Of a stretch of 64,000 nt of DNA, positions 18,439 through 28,213 are shown one piece after another. The stretch's first letter is position 1. Each line of letters begins with the position of its first letter. Both the position numbers and the translations under genes were made by a program. A model generated the notes under the pieces. The model was not told the origin of the DNA. It worked only from the letters and a program-made list of their open reading frames with translations, and searched no databases. Source of the DNA: Actinomycetota bacterium (GTDB taxonomy: Bacteria; Actinomycetota; Geothermincolia; Geothermincolales; RBG-13-55-18); contig JABLXL010000030.1 in assembly GCA_013178005.1 (NCBI GenBank), forward strand, positions 126 to 64,125, read 5' to 3'.

Positions 18439-18762
18439 CTACAAGCCGCTTTCCAGTTTCTCGACGATGAAGCTCACCGCCGTCATGCGTCTCTGAGCGA
18501 CGGAATCCCTCAGTTCGGCGGCCTCCTTCGCGTAGCGTTCCTTGAGTTCTCGGGCGCTCGCCTTCGCTTCCTCGATGGCCTTCTTCATCTCCGCCTCGCC
18601 CTCAGCGCGAGCCTTGGCCTCAGCCTCCTCCTTCGCCTTGGAAGCTTTTTCGCGCGCCTCGGAGATCAGTTCCTCCGCCCGCCTTCTGTAATCCTCGAGG
18701 GTGTTAGCGGCCTCGTCTTCGGCTTCCTTCACCCTCGCCAGTTTGTCCGCTATGGAGCCCAT
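18439..18762 (-). CDS. atpG: A/V-type ATP synthase subunit G/H (peripheral stalk coiled-coil)
   Basis: 107 aa, Glu/Ala/Lys-rich coiled coil (EEAEAKARAEGEAEMKKAIEEAKA). First gene of the operon. Confidence 0.7.
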   Translation of the reverse strand: MGSIADKLARVKEAEDEAANTLEDYRRRAEELISEAREKASKAKEEAEAKARAEGEAEMKKAIEEAKASARELKERYAKEAAELRDSVAQRRMTAVSFIVEKLESGL

Positions 18763-18920
18763 CTCAACCGCCTTCCCGACTTCAACGACAGTCTTTATCG
18801 AAGTCTTCCCAAGCCCGGTCCTATCGTAACCCCTCCCTCGCGCTTTCGCCCGTGCTCACCGTTGTTACCCGGTAATAAATTTTTCGGAGCCTGAAAAAAT
18901 ATTTTAGGCCGCGCTAATTT

Positions 18921-18949
18921 TATATTCTCTCCTCTCCGTTTTCAAGCAA
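18921..18949 (-). promoter_or_regulatory. Candidate sigma70-type promoter of the A/V-ATPase operon (TTGCTT-17-AATATA on the minus strand)
   Basis: The minus strand reads ttgcttgaaaacggagaggagagaatataaaattagc about 160 nt upstream of the atpG start. AT-rich island in a 65% GC genome. Confidence 0.4.
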
Positions 18950-18950
18950 G

Positions 18951-18968
18951 AAAAAACCGCCGGGGCGG
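18951..18968 (-). terminator. Putative intrinsic terminator (short GC hairpin plus T6 on the minus strand) between trkA and the V-ATPase promoter
   Basis: The minus strand reads ccgccccggcgg followed by tttttt. The stem is short (4-5 bp), so it is weak. Confidence 0.3.
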
Positions 18969-19260
18969 AAACTTATCCGCGGGGAAGAACGGGCACTGGA
19001 CACGCGCGCCAGGGCTATGGGGCAAACCCAAAGTTGTTCCGATGGGCGGTGCCCGTCGCCTTATCTCCCGATAAGGCTTTATAAATAATCCAGGGATAAA
19101 CAGGATGGCCGGGAGGCGAGAGGTCCGGCGCCGCCCGGAAACACATTTCTTTCTGGCAAAGAGATCAAAGGGCCTTCGTCTGCATGTTTACCGTTTCTGT
19201 TTGCCACATCGAATTCCAGCTCTTCCCGTCCTTTCTACCTGCAGGAATCGGACAAGACCC

Positions 19261-19923
19261 TCAGGGGACGAAGATGCGTTTGAGCTCCCTCTCTTTGCCC
19301 GGCTCGGTCACGGCGATGATCGTGTCGCCGGGCTGAAGTACGGAGCTCCCCCGGGGGATGATCGCTTCTCCTTCCCGGATTATGGATACCAGCACGCAAC
19401 CCCGGGGCAAGCCCAGGTCGCGGAGGGCCACGCCGCACGACGCGCAGGAATCACGCGGGAGATTCAGTTCCACCACCGATAGTCCGCCTTTTTTCAGGGC
19501 ATGGAGGGTGATGATCTCGCCCACCGTAGTCCGTTCCTCGATAAGCTGGGCGATGGCCGAGGTCGAGGAAATGCCCTCCACTCCAAGCTTTCTGAACACC
19601 CCCTCGTTACGGGGATCGTTTATCCTCGCCACCACGCGGGAGATCCGGAAGTAGGTCTTGACCAGCTGGCATGCGACCAGGTTGTCGTCGTCGTCCCCGG
19701 TGACCGCGGCAAAGACGTCCGCCTCCCCCATGTCGGCTTCCTCGAGGAAACGCAACTCGCAGCCGTCGCCGCAGATAACCGCGGCATCCGTCCCTTCCGA
19801 CAGGCGCCTGCAAAGCTCGAGATCGCGCTCGATCACCGCCACGTGATGCCCCTTCCTCGCAAGGTCCCTGGCCAGGAAGGCGCCCACCTTGCCGCCGCCC
19901 ATGATCACGATCCTTATCGCCAC
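19261..19923 (-). CDS. trkA: TrkA-family K+ transport regulatory protein (TrkA-N NAD-binding plus TrkA-C)
   Basis: N-terminal Rossmann motif IVIMGGGKVGAFLARDL. 220 aa. C-terminal TrkA-C-like beta domain. Confidence 0.85.
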   Translation of the reverse strand: MAIRIVIMGGGKVGAFLARDLARKGHHVAVIERDLELCRRLSEGTDAAVICGDGCELRFLEEADMGEADVFAAVTGDDDDNLVACQLVKTYFRISRVVARINDPRNEGVFRKLGVEGISSTSAIAQLIEERTTVGEIITLHALKKGGLSVVELNLPRDSCASCGVALRDLGLPRGCVLVSIIREGEAIIPRGSSVLQPGDTIIAVTEPGKERELKRIFVP

Positions 19924-19996
19924 TCACCTTCCTTCCATCCAGTAAGCCACGCCGGCGTGGCATAGCTCCCCTTTCCCGCCCCCCGATTTGCCCGGC

Positions 19997-20593
19997 TCAG
20001 CTCCTCCTCGCCGGGCTCAATGAGGATGCCGTCCTTTTCCTCCACATGGAGGCCAGTGCGAGCGCGACGGCGGCCAGCGCCAGCGCCAGTATTAGTTTCC
20101 ACCACGCGAATGGATGCGGTATGGCGCGCCCCCTTTCAAGCACCTCGATGGACACGGCGTGGATATCGCTGTCCCCTCCGTGCTCGGGGCAGGCGCGGTG
20201 GAACACGCCCTTAACCCTGACCTCGTCCCCTTTGTTCTTGTAGCCCCCCAGCACTTGGATCCCTTTAAGTTCATCCCGCGGCGCCCATACCGCTATCCCC
20301 AGGTTGGAATAGCCGGCGAAATCCCTTCCCTCCTCCACGCTGGTCACGGCATAGGCATCGTTGTTCACCGTGATCCAGCCGTAGTCACCGCGCATCATCA
20401 CGTCCCCTATGGCCTCCCCGGTGATCTCGACCTCCCGCCCGTCATATTTCTGCATCTCCGAGATCAGATCTTCGACGGAGACCTCCTCAGCGGCTTGTGC
20501 GGTTCCACACCATGGGAAAACGGTCGCCACGAGGACCGCGAACGCGGCAAGGATCCGGAAAAACCCCCTCGTTCTCACGCGCCGTCCCTTCAT
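19997..20593 (-). CDS. Hypothetical exported protein with signal peptide and C-terminal TM anchor, embedded in the trk operon
   Basis: The likely start is MKGRRVRTRGFFRILAAFAVLVATVFPWCGTAQA (signal peptide). Its start overlaps the trkH stop (ATGA). The C-terminal hydrophobic helix is WWKLILALALAAVALALASMW. Confidence 0.5.
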   Translation of the reverse strand: MKGRRVRTRGFFRILAAFAVLVATVFPWCGTAQAAEEVSVEDLISEMQKYDGREVEITGEAIGDVMMRGDYGWITVNNDAYAVTSVEEGRDFAGYSNLGIAVWAPRDELKGIQVLGGYKNKGDEVRVKGVFHRACPEHGGDSDIHAVSIEVLERGRAIPHPFAWWKLILALALAAVALALASMWRKRTASSLSPARRS

Positions 20594-22113
20594 CGCGCCT
20601 TCCTCCCCGCCTTCCTGCCCCGCAACAAGGCGCCCCCGAAGCTGAAAAGGGCGATCACCGACATGAACTCCAGGCGACCCGCCCACATCGCGAATATATA
20701 ATATACTTTCAACGCCGCGGGCATGAGCGGGGAAACGAGCCCCGCGGAGAGGCCGGTATTGCTCCCCGCGGATACCGCGTCGAAGAAGGCCACGTTGGGA
20801 TCGTAGCCGTAGAGCACCCCCAGCATCGCCCCCAGCGCGTAGATGACCACGTAGCAGATGATGATGAACATGGCCCCCTTGACCATGGCGTCGTCAAGCC
20901 AGACGTCTCTTACGTGATGGATCTTCTCGGGGACCACCGCCGTTTCGGGGGAGATGATCCTCCTCACCTCCCCGCGCAGGTACCGGAAGACGATACCCAT
21001 GCGCAATCCCTTAAAGCCACCTCCGGTGGAGCAGGCGCTGGCGCCGATGGCCATGACCAGGATGACCGCCCACATGGCGATGAACCCGAACTCCCTGAGG
21101 AAGGAAACGGAATAGATCGTGCTGTTGCCGGTGGTGGTATGGGCCGAGGCCAGGTTGTAAAACCCCTTGCGGAAGAACTCCCCCAGGCCGCGGAACAACC
21201 CGAATTTCCCGAACCCGATAGAGAGCATGACCGTCCCCAGCAGGATGGTGGTGGCGAAGGACCTCACCTCGACGTTGCGGTATATCTCGCGCCGGTTCCC
21301 CGTCCAGACCGCGTAGTGCAGGGCGAAATTGAAGGAGCCGATGACGAAGATCGCCAGGGTCACCAGCTCAACCCAGAAGCTGTGGTAATAAAGGAGGTTG
21401 AGGCTCTGGGGTGCGAACCCTCCCGTGGACCAGGCCCCCATGAACAGCCATATCGAGTGCAGGGCACTCCTTATCACCGGCATTCCCTCCTTGAGCAGGA
21501 AGACCCAGATGAAGGCGCTCCCCACCACAAGGTAGGTCAGGCTGATCATCCAGATGGCCCGCGCCGTGCCGAGGACGTTGGGGAGGAGTTTCTCCTCCTT
21601 GCCCTCGCTTACATATATTTTGAAGGCGCCCGCGGTCCCGGCGAAGAGGAAGGTGAGGGCGATGACGATGATCCCTTGCCCGCCGGCGTAGGTGAGCAGG
21701 TGCCTCCACATGTTCAACCCGTGGGAGGCGTGATCCAGGTCCTGCAGCAGGAACAGGCCGGTGGTGGTATAGCCGCTCATGAGGTCGAAGCAGGCGTCCA
21801 GGAAGGACTTGAAGTGCCCGGACAGGTAGTGCGGTATGGCCCCGAAAACCATGGCCACCAGCCAGCCCCCCGAGGCCACGATGAGGCCGTGGGACCAGCG
21901 GAAGTCCCGCTCGGTCGCGCAGACCAGCTCCATGATCAGCCAGAAGACGACGCAGGCCAGGATGCCCACCAGGAAATCCAGCGCGGCGTTCCATTCCGTG
22001 GAGAGCAAGGACACCGCCAGGGGCACGGTCATGATCAGACCGACACCCAGAATGACGCGGCCAACCCCCCATCCGATCACCTTTACGTCTTCACGCGAGG
22101 GTCTGAGGATCAT
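20590..22113 (-). CDS. trkH: TrkH/KtrB-family K+ uptake permease
   Basis: 507 aa polytopic membrane protein with repeated M-P-M pore motifs (…GLSAGL…, TTTGF…). Correct size and topology pattern. Confidence 0.85.
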   Translation of the reverse strand: MILRPSREDVKVIGWGVGRVILGVGLIMTVPLAVSLLSTEWNAALDFLVGILACVVFWLIMELVCATERDFRWSHGLIVASGGWLVAMVFGAIPHYLSGHFKSFLDACFDLMSGYTTTGLFLLQDLDHASHGLNMWRHLLTYAGGQGIIVIALTFLFAGTAGAFKIYVSEGKEEKLLPNVLGTARAIWMISLTYLVVGSAFIWVFLLKEGMPVIRSALHSIWLFMGAWSTGGFAPQSLNLLYYHSFWVELVTLAIFVIGSFNFALHYAVWTGNRREIYRNVEVRSFATTILLGTVMLSIGFGKFGLFRGLGEFFRKGFYNLASAHTTTGNSTIYSVSFLREFGFIAMWAVILVMAIGASACSTGGGFKGLRMGIVFRYLRGEVRRIISPETAVVPEKIHHVRDVWLDDAMVKGAMFIIICYVVIYALGAMLGVLYGYDPNVAFFDAVSAGSNTGLSAGLVSPLMPAALKVYYIFAMWAGRLEFMSVIALFSFGGALLRGRKAGRKAR

Positions 22114-22271
22114 TTCACCAGCACCTTGATCAGGAACATCAAGCCCAACGCTGCAAGGGCGATGGTTCCCACTGCCGCCGACTCGATGACCATGCCCAGG
22201 GCATATCCTACCCAGCGGCGCCAGCGGCTTGCCCCGGGCGCAGCCTTCCCGTTACTTCCCCCGCCTTTCAT
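22110..22271 (-). CDS. Unannotated 53-aa membrane peptide (MKGGGSNGKAAPGASRWRRWVGYALGMVIESAAVGTIALAALGLMFLIKVLVK). It is translationally coupled on both sides: the trkA stop overlaps its start, and its stop overlaps the trkH start.
   Basis: Found by manual translation of the 155-nt gap between trkA (22268) and trkH (22113). ATG at 22271-22269, TGA at 22112-22110. There are ATGA overlaps at both junctions. It has one predicted TM helix and is below the 60-aa ORF-track cutoff. Confidence 0.5.
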   Translation of the reverse strand: MKGGGSNGKAAPGASRWRRWVGYALGMVIESAAVGTIALAALGLMFLIKVLVK

Positions 22272-22954
22272 GCGTCTCTCCTTTCCCGGCGCGCCGGCCG
22301 GGCGCTACCCACAAGCGCCAGGCGCAGGGTCTCCTCTTCGTCCACGGTGGTGAGCGCGAGCACCTTGTCCCCGGGCTGCATGCGGTCTCCCCCGTGGGGG
22401 ATGATCACCTCCTCACCCCGTGAGATCGAGACCAGAACGCATCCCGACGGCAGCTCCAGCTCCTTCACGGAACGGCCGATGGCGCGGCTGCCCTGCGGCG
22501 GGATGTCCAACTCCACCATGACCAGCCGACCACCGCCCAGCATATGAAAGGTGGTTAAACCACCCGCCGAGGCCATCCCCTCAATTAACCTCGCGATGAT
22601 GGTCGTGCTGGACACGGCGTCGATGCCCATGGAGACGAAGATGCCCTCGTTCCGGGGATCGTTGACGCGGGCCACCAACCTGGGAACGCCGAAGGATGTC
22701 CTGGCCAACTGGCAGGCGACCAGATTGTCGTCGTCGTCGCCGGTGACGGCGGTGAAGACATCGGCACGCCCCACCTCGGCGTCCTCCTGGTACCTGAAGT
22801 CACAGGCGTCTCCCTGGATCACTATGGCGTCGACGGAGGTCGCCAGCTCCCAGCAGGCCTTCTCATCCTTCTCTATCACCGCCACCGCGTGGCCCCTTGA
22901 GGCCAGCGTCCCGGCCAGATATGAGCCTACCCTACCCGCGCCCCCGATCACCAC
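22268..22954 (-). CDS. trkA: TrkA-family K+ transport regulatory protein
   Basis: MVIGGAGRVGSYLAGTLASRGHAVAVIEKD Rossmann motif. 228 aa. Confidence 0.85.
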   Translation of the reverse strand: MVIGGAGRVGSYLAGTLASRGHAVAVIEKDEKACWELATSVDAIVIQGDACDFRYQEDAEVGRADVFTAVTGDDDDNLVACQLARTSFGVPRLVARVNDPRNEGIFVSMGIDAVSSTTIIARLIEGMASAGGLTTFHMLGGGRLVMVELDIPPQGSRAIGRSVKELELPSGCVLVSISRGEEVIIPHGGDRMQPGDKVLALTTVDEEETLRLALVGSARPARRERRDA

Positions 22955-22966
22955 GTAGATAGGACC

Positions 22967-24340
22967 TCACCCTCTCCCTCGGCTTCTAAGATACCTCTCC
23001 AGTTTCTGTACCGCTCCCTCCGCCGCCAGGGCGGTTACCTCGTCACCCCTCGCGAGGACGGTATCCGGCTGGGGTAACAGGGATTTGCCCTCGCGCACCA
23101 GGTAGGCGATCCAGAGCGGCGCCTTTCTCTCGCACCACTCCATGGTATGCCCTACCCATTCCGGCGGGCAATCGAATTCCACCAGGTTGAGACGGTCCTG
23201 GCAACATCTGCCTCGGCGGCGCACCAACGGCTTCAGGAGCATCTCCATGAGGTAGCGAGCCAACAGTTCCGTCCCGACAACATGGTCCAGACCCAGGGCC
23301 TGGTAGGTGACCCTCTTATCGGGGTTGTAAACGCGTGCCACCACCCGGGGCACGCCGAAAAGCTCCCTCGCCACCTCCGCGCTCATTAGGTTGGCGTTGT
23401 CGAAGCTGGTCACCGCCGCGAAAGCGTCGGCTTCCTCGATCCCGGCTTCCCTCAGGGTATCGACGTCGAAGGCCATCCCTTCCACGGCTCGGCCCGGGAA
23501 CATCTTGAACAACCTGCGAAAGGCGGAGGCGTCCCGATCGATCACCGTCACCTCGTGTCCATCCAGCGAGAGCATTTCAGCCATCCCCGCGCCGACGCGC
23601 CCGCAGCCGGCGATGACCACTTTGATCCTCGCCATGTTCCGTCGACGAGGGCTCCGCGGGCTCGCCGCGCCCGCACGGCGGTTGCTCGAGGCCGCTCCTA
23701 CCCACCAAGCGTCCATGTCCCTCCACGCGTCCGGCCTGGCCGCCACCACCACCCTGTCTCCCGCCTCGAGGGCGGTATCGCGGTCCCACCTGAGCTGCTT
23801 GCCATCCCGCGTCAGGCACAGGATCCGCGTGCTGACCCCGTCCTCGAGGTCGCCCGCGGCCACCTTCCCGACCTGTGGGGAGACGGCGAATTCCACCACC
23901 CGGATCCCCACGTCGAGACGTTCCTGGTGGATGGCGATCTCGCGTTGCAGCAGCCTGGCCATGATGCTCTCCGCGATCAGCGCGGTGCCGTTGACGAACC
24001 TCACCCCCAGCCGGTCGAAGATATACCTCTTCTCCGGGTTGAAAAGGCGTGCCGCCACCGCGGGCACCCCGAACACGCGTCGCGCGATCTCCGCCACCAT
24101 CAGGTTGGTGTTGTCGTAATTGGTCACGGCGGCCAGGGCATCCGCGGTCTCGATGCCCGCTTCCAACAACAGATCCTCGTCGAAGGCGGCTCCTGTGAGG
24201 GTGACGCCGTTGAAAGTACCTCCCAACCGCGCGAAGGACTTGTCGTCATGGTCGATAATGACCACGTCATGGCCTTCGTAGGCTAGAAATAGGGCAAGCT
24301 GTGAACCCACCCTGCCGCAACCGGTGATAATGATACGCAA
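22967..24340 (-). CDS. trkA: Full-length tandem TrkA (two TrkA-N/TrkA-C repeats, E. coli TrkA-like)
   Basis: 457 aa with two GxGxxG Rossmann starts (IITGCGRVGSQLA and VIAGCGRVGAGMA), each followed by a TrkA-C domain. Confidence 0.85.
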   Translation of the reverse strand: MRIIITGCGRVGSQLALFLAYEGHDVVIIDHDDKSFARLGGTFNGVTLTGAAFDEDLLLEAGIETADALAAVTNYDNTNLMVAEIARRVFGVPAVAARLFNPEKRYIFDRLGVRFVNGTALIAESIMARLLQREIAIHQERLDVGIRVVEFAVSPQVGKVAAGDLEDGVSTRILCLTRDGKQLRWDRDTALEAGDRVVVAARPDAWRDMDAWWVGAASSNRRAGAASPRSPRRRNMARIKVVIAGCGRVGAGMAEMLSLDGHEVTVIDRDASAFRRLFKMFPGRAVEGMAFDVDTLREAGIEEADAFAAVTSFDNANLMSAEVARELFGVPRVVARVYNPDKRVTYQALGLDHVVGTELLARYLMEMLLKPLVRRRGRCCQDRLNLVEFDCPPEWVGHTMEWCERKAPLWIAYLVREGKSLLPQPDTVLARGDEVTALAAEGAVQKLERYLRSRGRG

Positions 24341-24575
24341 GATAATTCCCCGCGAAAGCCTGTCTCATATCTTTCCATGCGATAACATAATTTAGTACTC
24401 CTAGTCTCGAGCCATGTCAATGGCCTCCACCGGACGGTTTTCCGGCTCCGGAACTCATGATGCCGCTCCCGGTTTGACCGACCCTCCTTATCCCCGTGAC
24501 CCTCCGTGCGCGATGATTTATCCGGTCCCGATCGTCCCCTTTTATTTTCCGCCCCGTGGGTTTAAATTAAATGGC

Positions 24576-27419
24576 ATGTCGAAAAACGAAGGGATAGATG
24601 CGCACAACCAGCGCATAGATGACAGGGTATACACCATCCCCGAGAGCGAGGTCTTCGACCTCCTTAAGTCCTCTCCCCAGGGGATCTCGACGGAGGAGGC
24701 CGCGCGGCGCCTGGAAGAAGCCGGGGCGAACGTCATCGAGAAACGGCGCGGCACCCCCCTGTGGCGAAAGTTCCTTCTCAACTTCATCCATTTCTTCGCC
24801 ATCCTGCTCTGGATAGCGGCGATTCTCTCCTTCGTCGCGGATATGCCGGAACTGGGCATCGCCTGCATCGCGGTCATCATCATCAACGGCATCTTCACCT
24901 TCTGGCAGGAGTTCAAGGCGGAGAAGGCCATCGAGAGCCTGCAGAAGATCCTTCCCAGAAAAGCCCGGGTGTTAAGGGAAGGCCAGGAACAGGAGATAGA
25001 CGCCGAGGAGCTGGTCCCCGGGGACCTCGTGCTCCTGGAAGCCGGGAACAGCATCAGCGCCGACGCGCGCCTGGTGGAGGCGCGGGAGATGCGGGTCAAC
25101 AACTCCGCCCTCACCGGGGAGTCGGAGCCCCAGATGAGGATCTCCGAAGCTCTAGGGCAAGGGAAGGCTTCCCTGGCGGACCTCCCCAACCTGGTCTTCG
25201 CGGGCACCAGCGTGGTGGCGGGCAGCGGCAAGGCCGTGGTCTTCACCACCGGCATGAGGACCGAGCTGGGACGCATCGCCTACCTGACCCAGGAGGTGAA
25301 GGAGGAGCCGAGCCCCCTGCAGAAGGAGATGGGCAAGGTTTCCAAGATCCTGGCGGCCGTCGCCACCGTCCTGGGCTTGCTGTTCTTCTCCCTGGGCGCC
25401 TTCGTGATGAAGATGGGCAGCGCCAAGTCCTTCATGTTCGGCATCGGCATCATCGTGGCCAACGTGCCGGAGGGCTTGCTCCCCACCGTGACCCTGGCCC
25501 TGGCCATGGGCACGCAGCGCATGGCGGACCGACACGCCCTGATCAAGAAGCTCTCCTCGGTGGAGACGCTAGGATGCACCACTGTCATCTGCACCGACAA
25601 GACCGGGACCCTCACCACCAACGAGATGACGGTGCGCGAGATCTGGGTGGCTGGGCGCAAGATCCGGGTGGAAGGGGTGGGTTATGAGCCCACCGGCACG
25701 TTCAAGATCGACGGGAGGGATTTGAACGAGGAGGACAGCAAGAGCCTGTACAAGCTGCTGCGCATCGCCAGCTTCTGCAACAACTCTCGCCTCATCCCGC
25801 CTGGAGAGGACGAGGATCAGTGGAAGATCCTGGGCGATCCCACGGAGGCGGCCCTGCTCGTCTCGGCGTGGAAGTTCCATTACGACTACGAGACCGAGCT
25901 GAAGATGCAGCCCCGCTACTACGAGCTCCCCTTCGACTCGCGGCGCAAGCGCATGACCACGGTGCACACCGTGGTGGCGGGCATGGAGGCGCTGGTGAAG
26001 GGGGCGCCCATGGAGGTCCTCGCCCTTTGCACCAAGATCTGGGAGCCGTCCGGCGTGCGCGATATCACCGAGGAGGACCGCAAGACGGTGGCTGCCTTGA
26101 ATGACGAATACGCCCTGCAGGCACTGCGCGTCATCGGCTTCGCCTACCGCGACGACCTGCCCGTCCAGAAGCACTACGAGGTCGAGGAGGTGGAACGCGA
26201 CCTGATCTTCGTGGGGCTGGCCGGTATGCTCGACCCCCCGCGCCCGGAGGTGGAGGAAGCCATCGAGCAATGCCGCACCGCGGGCATCAAGGTGATCATG
26301 ATCACCGGGGATTATGGGATCACCGCCGAGTCCATCGCCCGACGTATAGGCCTGGTGCGCGGCCGGGACGTGCGGGTGGTTACGGGCGTGGAGATCGAGG
26401 AGATGAGCGACGAGGAGCTGGGCGCCGTCCTCAAGGAACCGGAGATCATTTTCGCCAGGGTATCGCCCGAACATAAGATGCGGGTCGCGCTGGCCCTCAA
26501 GAGCCAGGGCGAGATAGTGGCCATGACCGGAGACGGGGTCAACGACGCTCCCGCCCTCAAGGCGGCGGACATCGGGGTGGCAATGGGCATAACCGGCACC
26601 GACGTGGCCAAGGACGCTGCTGAGATGATCCTCACCGACGACAATTTCGCCTCCATCGTGCACGCCATCGAGGAGGGGCGTGCCGTTTACAACAACATAC
26701 GTCGCTTCGTGACCTACATCCTCGCGAGCAACATCCCGGAGATCTATCCTTTCCTGCTCTTCGTCATCGCCAAGGTGCCCCTGCCCCTGACCGTGATGCA
26801 GATCCTCGCCGTCGACCTGGGCACGGACCTCGTCCCCGCCCTCGCTCTGGGCACGGAGAAGCCGGAACCGGGCATCATGAAGAAACCGCCACGGCCACGG
26901 GAGGAGCGCCTTTTGAACCTCAACCTCTTCGCACGCGCCTACGGATACCTGGGCACGGTGGAGGGGGTATTGTGCCTGCTGGCGTTCTTCTTCGTCTACT
27001 GGCTGAACGGATGGCGCCCGTCCATGGGGATCTCCGCCATGGCGGACACGGGGGCGGTTTACGTCGCCGCCACCACGGCATGTTTCCAGGCCATAGTCGC
27101 CACCCAGATCGGCAACGGCTTTGCCTGCCGTACCGAGCGGGAGTCCATCTTCAAGGTGGGATTCCTCTCCAACCGTTTGTACCTCTGGGGTATCGTATCG
27201 GAAATAACCCTGCTGGTCGCCTTCATCTACCTGCCGCCGTTCCAGAGGCTCTTCGGCTTCAGGCCGGTGAGCGGGTGGAGCTGGCTGCTGGCGCTGGCCT
27301 TCGTGCCCGCATGCCTCATCGCCGACGAGATAAGGAAGGCGATCATGCGGAGTTATGAGGCGAGGTTGATGCGAAAGCAGGCTGGAGATGGTAATAAAAG
27401 GAAAGAAAAGGCTGCCTGA
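24576..27419 (+). CDS. P-type cation-transporting ATPase (type IIA/IIC, Ca2+ or Na+/K+-type)
   Basis: DKTGTLTTN phosphorylation motif, TGDGVNDAPALKAADIGVAMG hinge motif, 10 TM pattern. The start was moved to MSKNEG (24576) because the upstream 54 codons of the ORF-track model look non-coding. Confidence 0.85.
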   Translation: MSKNEGIDAHNQRIDDRVYTIPESEVFDLLKSSPQGISTEEAARRLEEAGANVIEKRRGTPLWRKFLLNFIHFFAILLWIAAILSFVADMPELGIACIAVIIINGIFTFWQEFKAEKAIESLQKILPRKARVLREGQEQEIDAEELVPGDLVLLEAGNSISADARLVEAREMRVNNSALTGESEPQMRISEALGQGKASLADLPNLVFAGTSVVAGSGKAVVFTTGMRTELGRIAYLTQEVKEEPSPLQKEMGKVSKILAAVATVLGLLFFSLGAFVMKMGSAKSFMFGIGIIVANVPEGLLPTVTLALAMGTQRMADRHALIKKLSSVETLGCTTVICTDKTGTLTTNEMTVREIWVAGRKIRVEGVGYEPTGTFKIDGRDLNEEDSKSLYKLLRIASFCNNSRLIPPGEDEDQWKILGDPTEAALLVSAWKFHYDYETELKMQPRYYELPFDSRRKRMTTVHTVVAGMEALVKGAPMEVLALCTKIWEPSGVRDITEEDRKTVAALNDEYALQALRVIGFAYRDDLPVQKHYEVEEVERDLIFVGLAGMLDPPRPEVEEAIEQCRTAGIKVIMITGDYGITAESIARRIGLVRGRDVRVVTGVEIEEMSDEELGAVLKEPEIIFARVSPEHKMRVALALKSQGEIVAMTGDGVNDAPALKAADIGVAMGITGTDVAKDAAEMILTDDNFASIVHAIEEGRAVYNNIRRFVTYILASNIPEIYPFLLFVIAKVPLPLTVMQILAVDLGTDLVPALALGTEKPEPGIMKKPPRPREERLLNLNLFARAYGYLGTVEGVLCLLAFFFVYWLNGWRPSMGISAMADTGAVYVAATTACFQAIVATQIGNGFACRTERESIFKVGFLSNRLYLWGIVSEITLLVAFIYLPPFQRLFGFRPVSGWSWLLALAFVPACLIADEIRKAIMRSYEARLMRKQAGDGNKRKEKAA

Positions 27420-27546
27420 GAGGATCTTGGTGCGTCCAGTGTCCAAGGGCTAGATGGATCGGGTGGGGACAAGGGAAAGGAAAATGCCGCTTGAAAGGGG
27501 TTCCGGCTTGAATGGAACGCCGCGACATCAAGGGAGATGATGGGAT

Positions 27547-28197
27547 ATGCATGTGGTGATCATGGGATGCGGCCGCGTGGGTTCGAGGCTGGCACGGCGG
27601 CTGGAGCATCAGGGGCACAGCGTCGCCGTCATCGACAAGGATCCAAGCGCCTTCCACCTGCTGGACGTTGATTTCAAGGGCATCAAGGTGGAGGGGGTCG
27701 GTTTCGACGCCGAGGCGCTGGAAAAGGCGGGCATCAAGCGAGCCGACGTCTTCCTGGCCGTGAGCAGCGGGGACAACTCCAATTTCGTCTCCTGCAAGAT
27801 CGCCAAGGACATTTACCGCGTCCCCAGGGTCCTGGCCCGCATCTACGACCCGCGCCGGGCACAGATCTACCGGCGCATGGGCATACCCACGGTGGCGCCC
27901 GTGGCCTGGGCGACCGCAAGGATTTCCGACCTCATCTTCCTCAAGCAGTCCTATTCCCGCGACACCTTCGGCAACGGAGAGGTCGAGTTGATAGAGTTCG
28001 AGCTTCCCCCCATGCTCGCGGGCCGGATGGTGCGTGAGTTCAAGATCTCCGGCGAGGTGCACATAGTCGCCATCGAGAGGGGGGGAGGCGCGTTCATCCC
28101 CGTATCCGGCACCACCCTGATGGCGGGTGACATCTTGAACGTGCTCGTCCTCAGGTCGAGCATGAGCAAGTTCAAGAAGATGTTCTTCATGGACTAG
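27547..28197 (+). CDS. trkA: TrkA-family K+ transport regulatory protein
   Basis: MHVVIMGCGRVGSRLARRLEHQGHSVAVIDKD. 216 aa. Confidence 0.85.
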   Translation: MHVVIMGCGRVGSRLARRLEHQGHSVAVIDKDPSAFHLLDVDFKGIKVEGVGFDAEALEKAGIKRADVFLAVSSGDNSNFVSCKIAKDIYRVPRVLARIYDPRRAQIYRRMGIPTVAPVAWATARISDLIFLKQSYSRDTFGNGEVELIEFELPPMLAGRMVREFKISGEVHIVAIERGGGAFIPVSGTTLMAGDILNVLVLRSSMSKFKKMFFMD

Positions 28198-28213
28198 GCG
28201 GAGGGGGTAGAAG

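Noticed and set aside
20497-22353. 618-aa plus-strand ORF antisense to trkH
   Set aside because: Low-complexity His/Gly/Pro-rich translation. TrkH on the opposite strand has the expected polytopic permease features.
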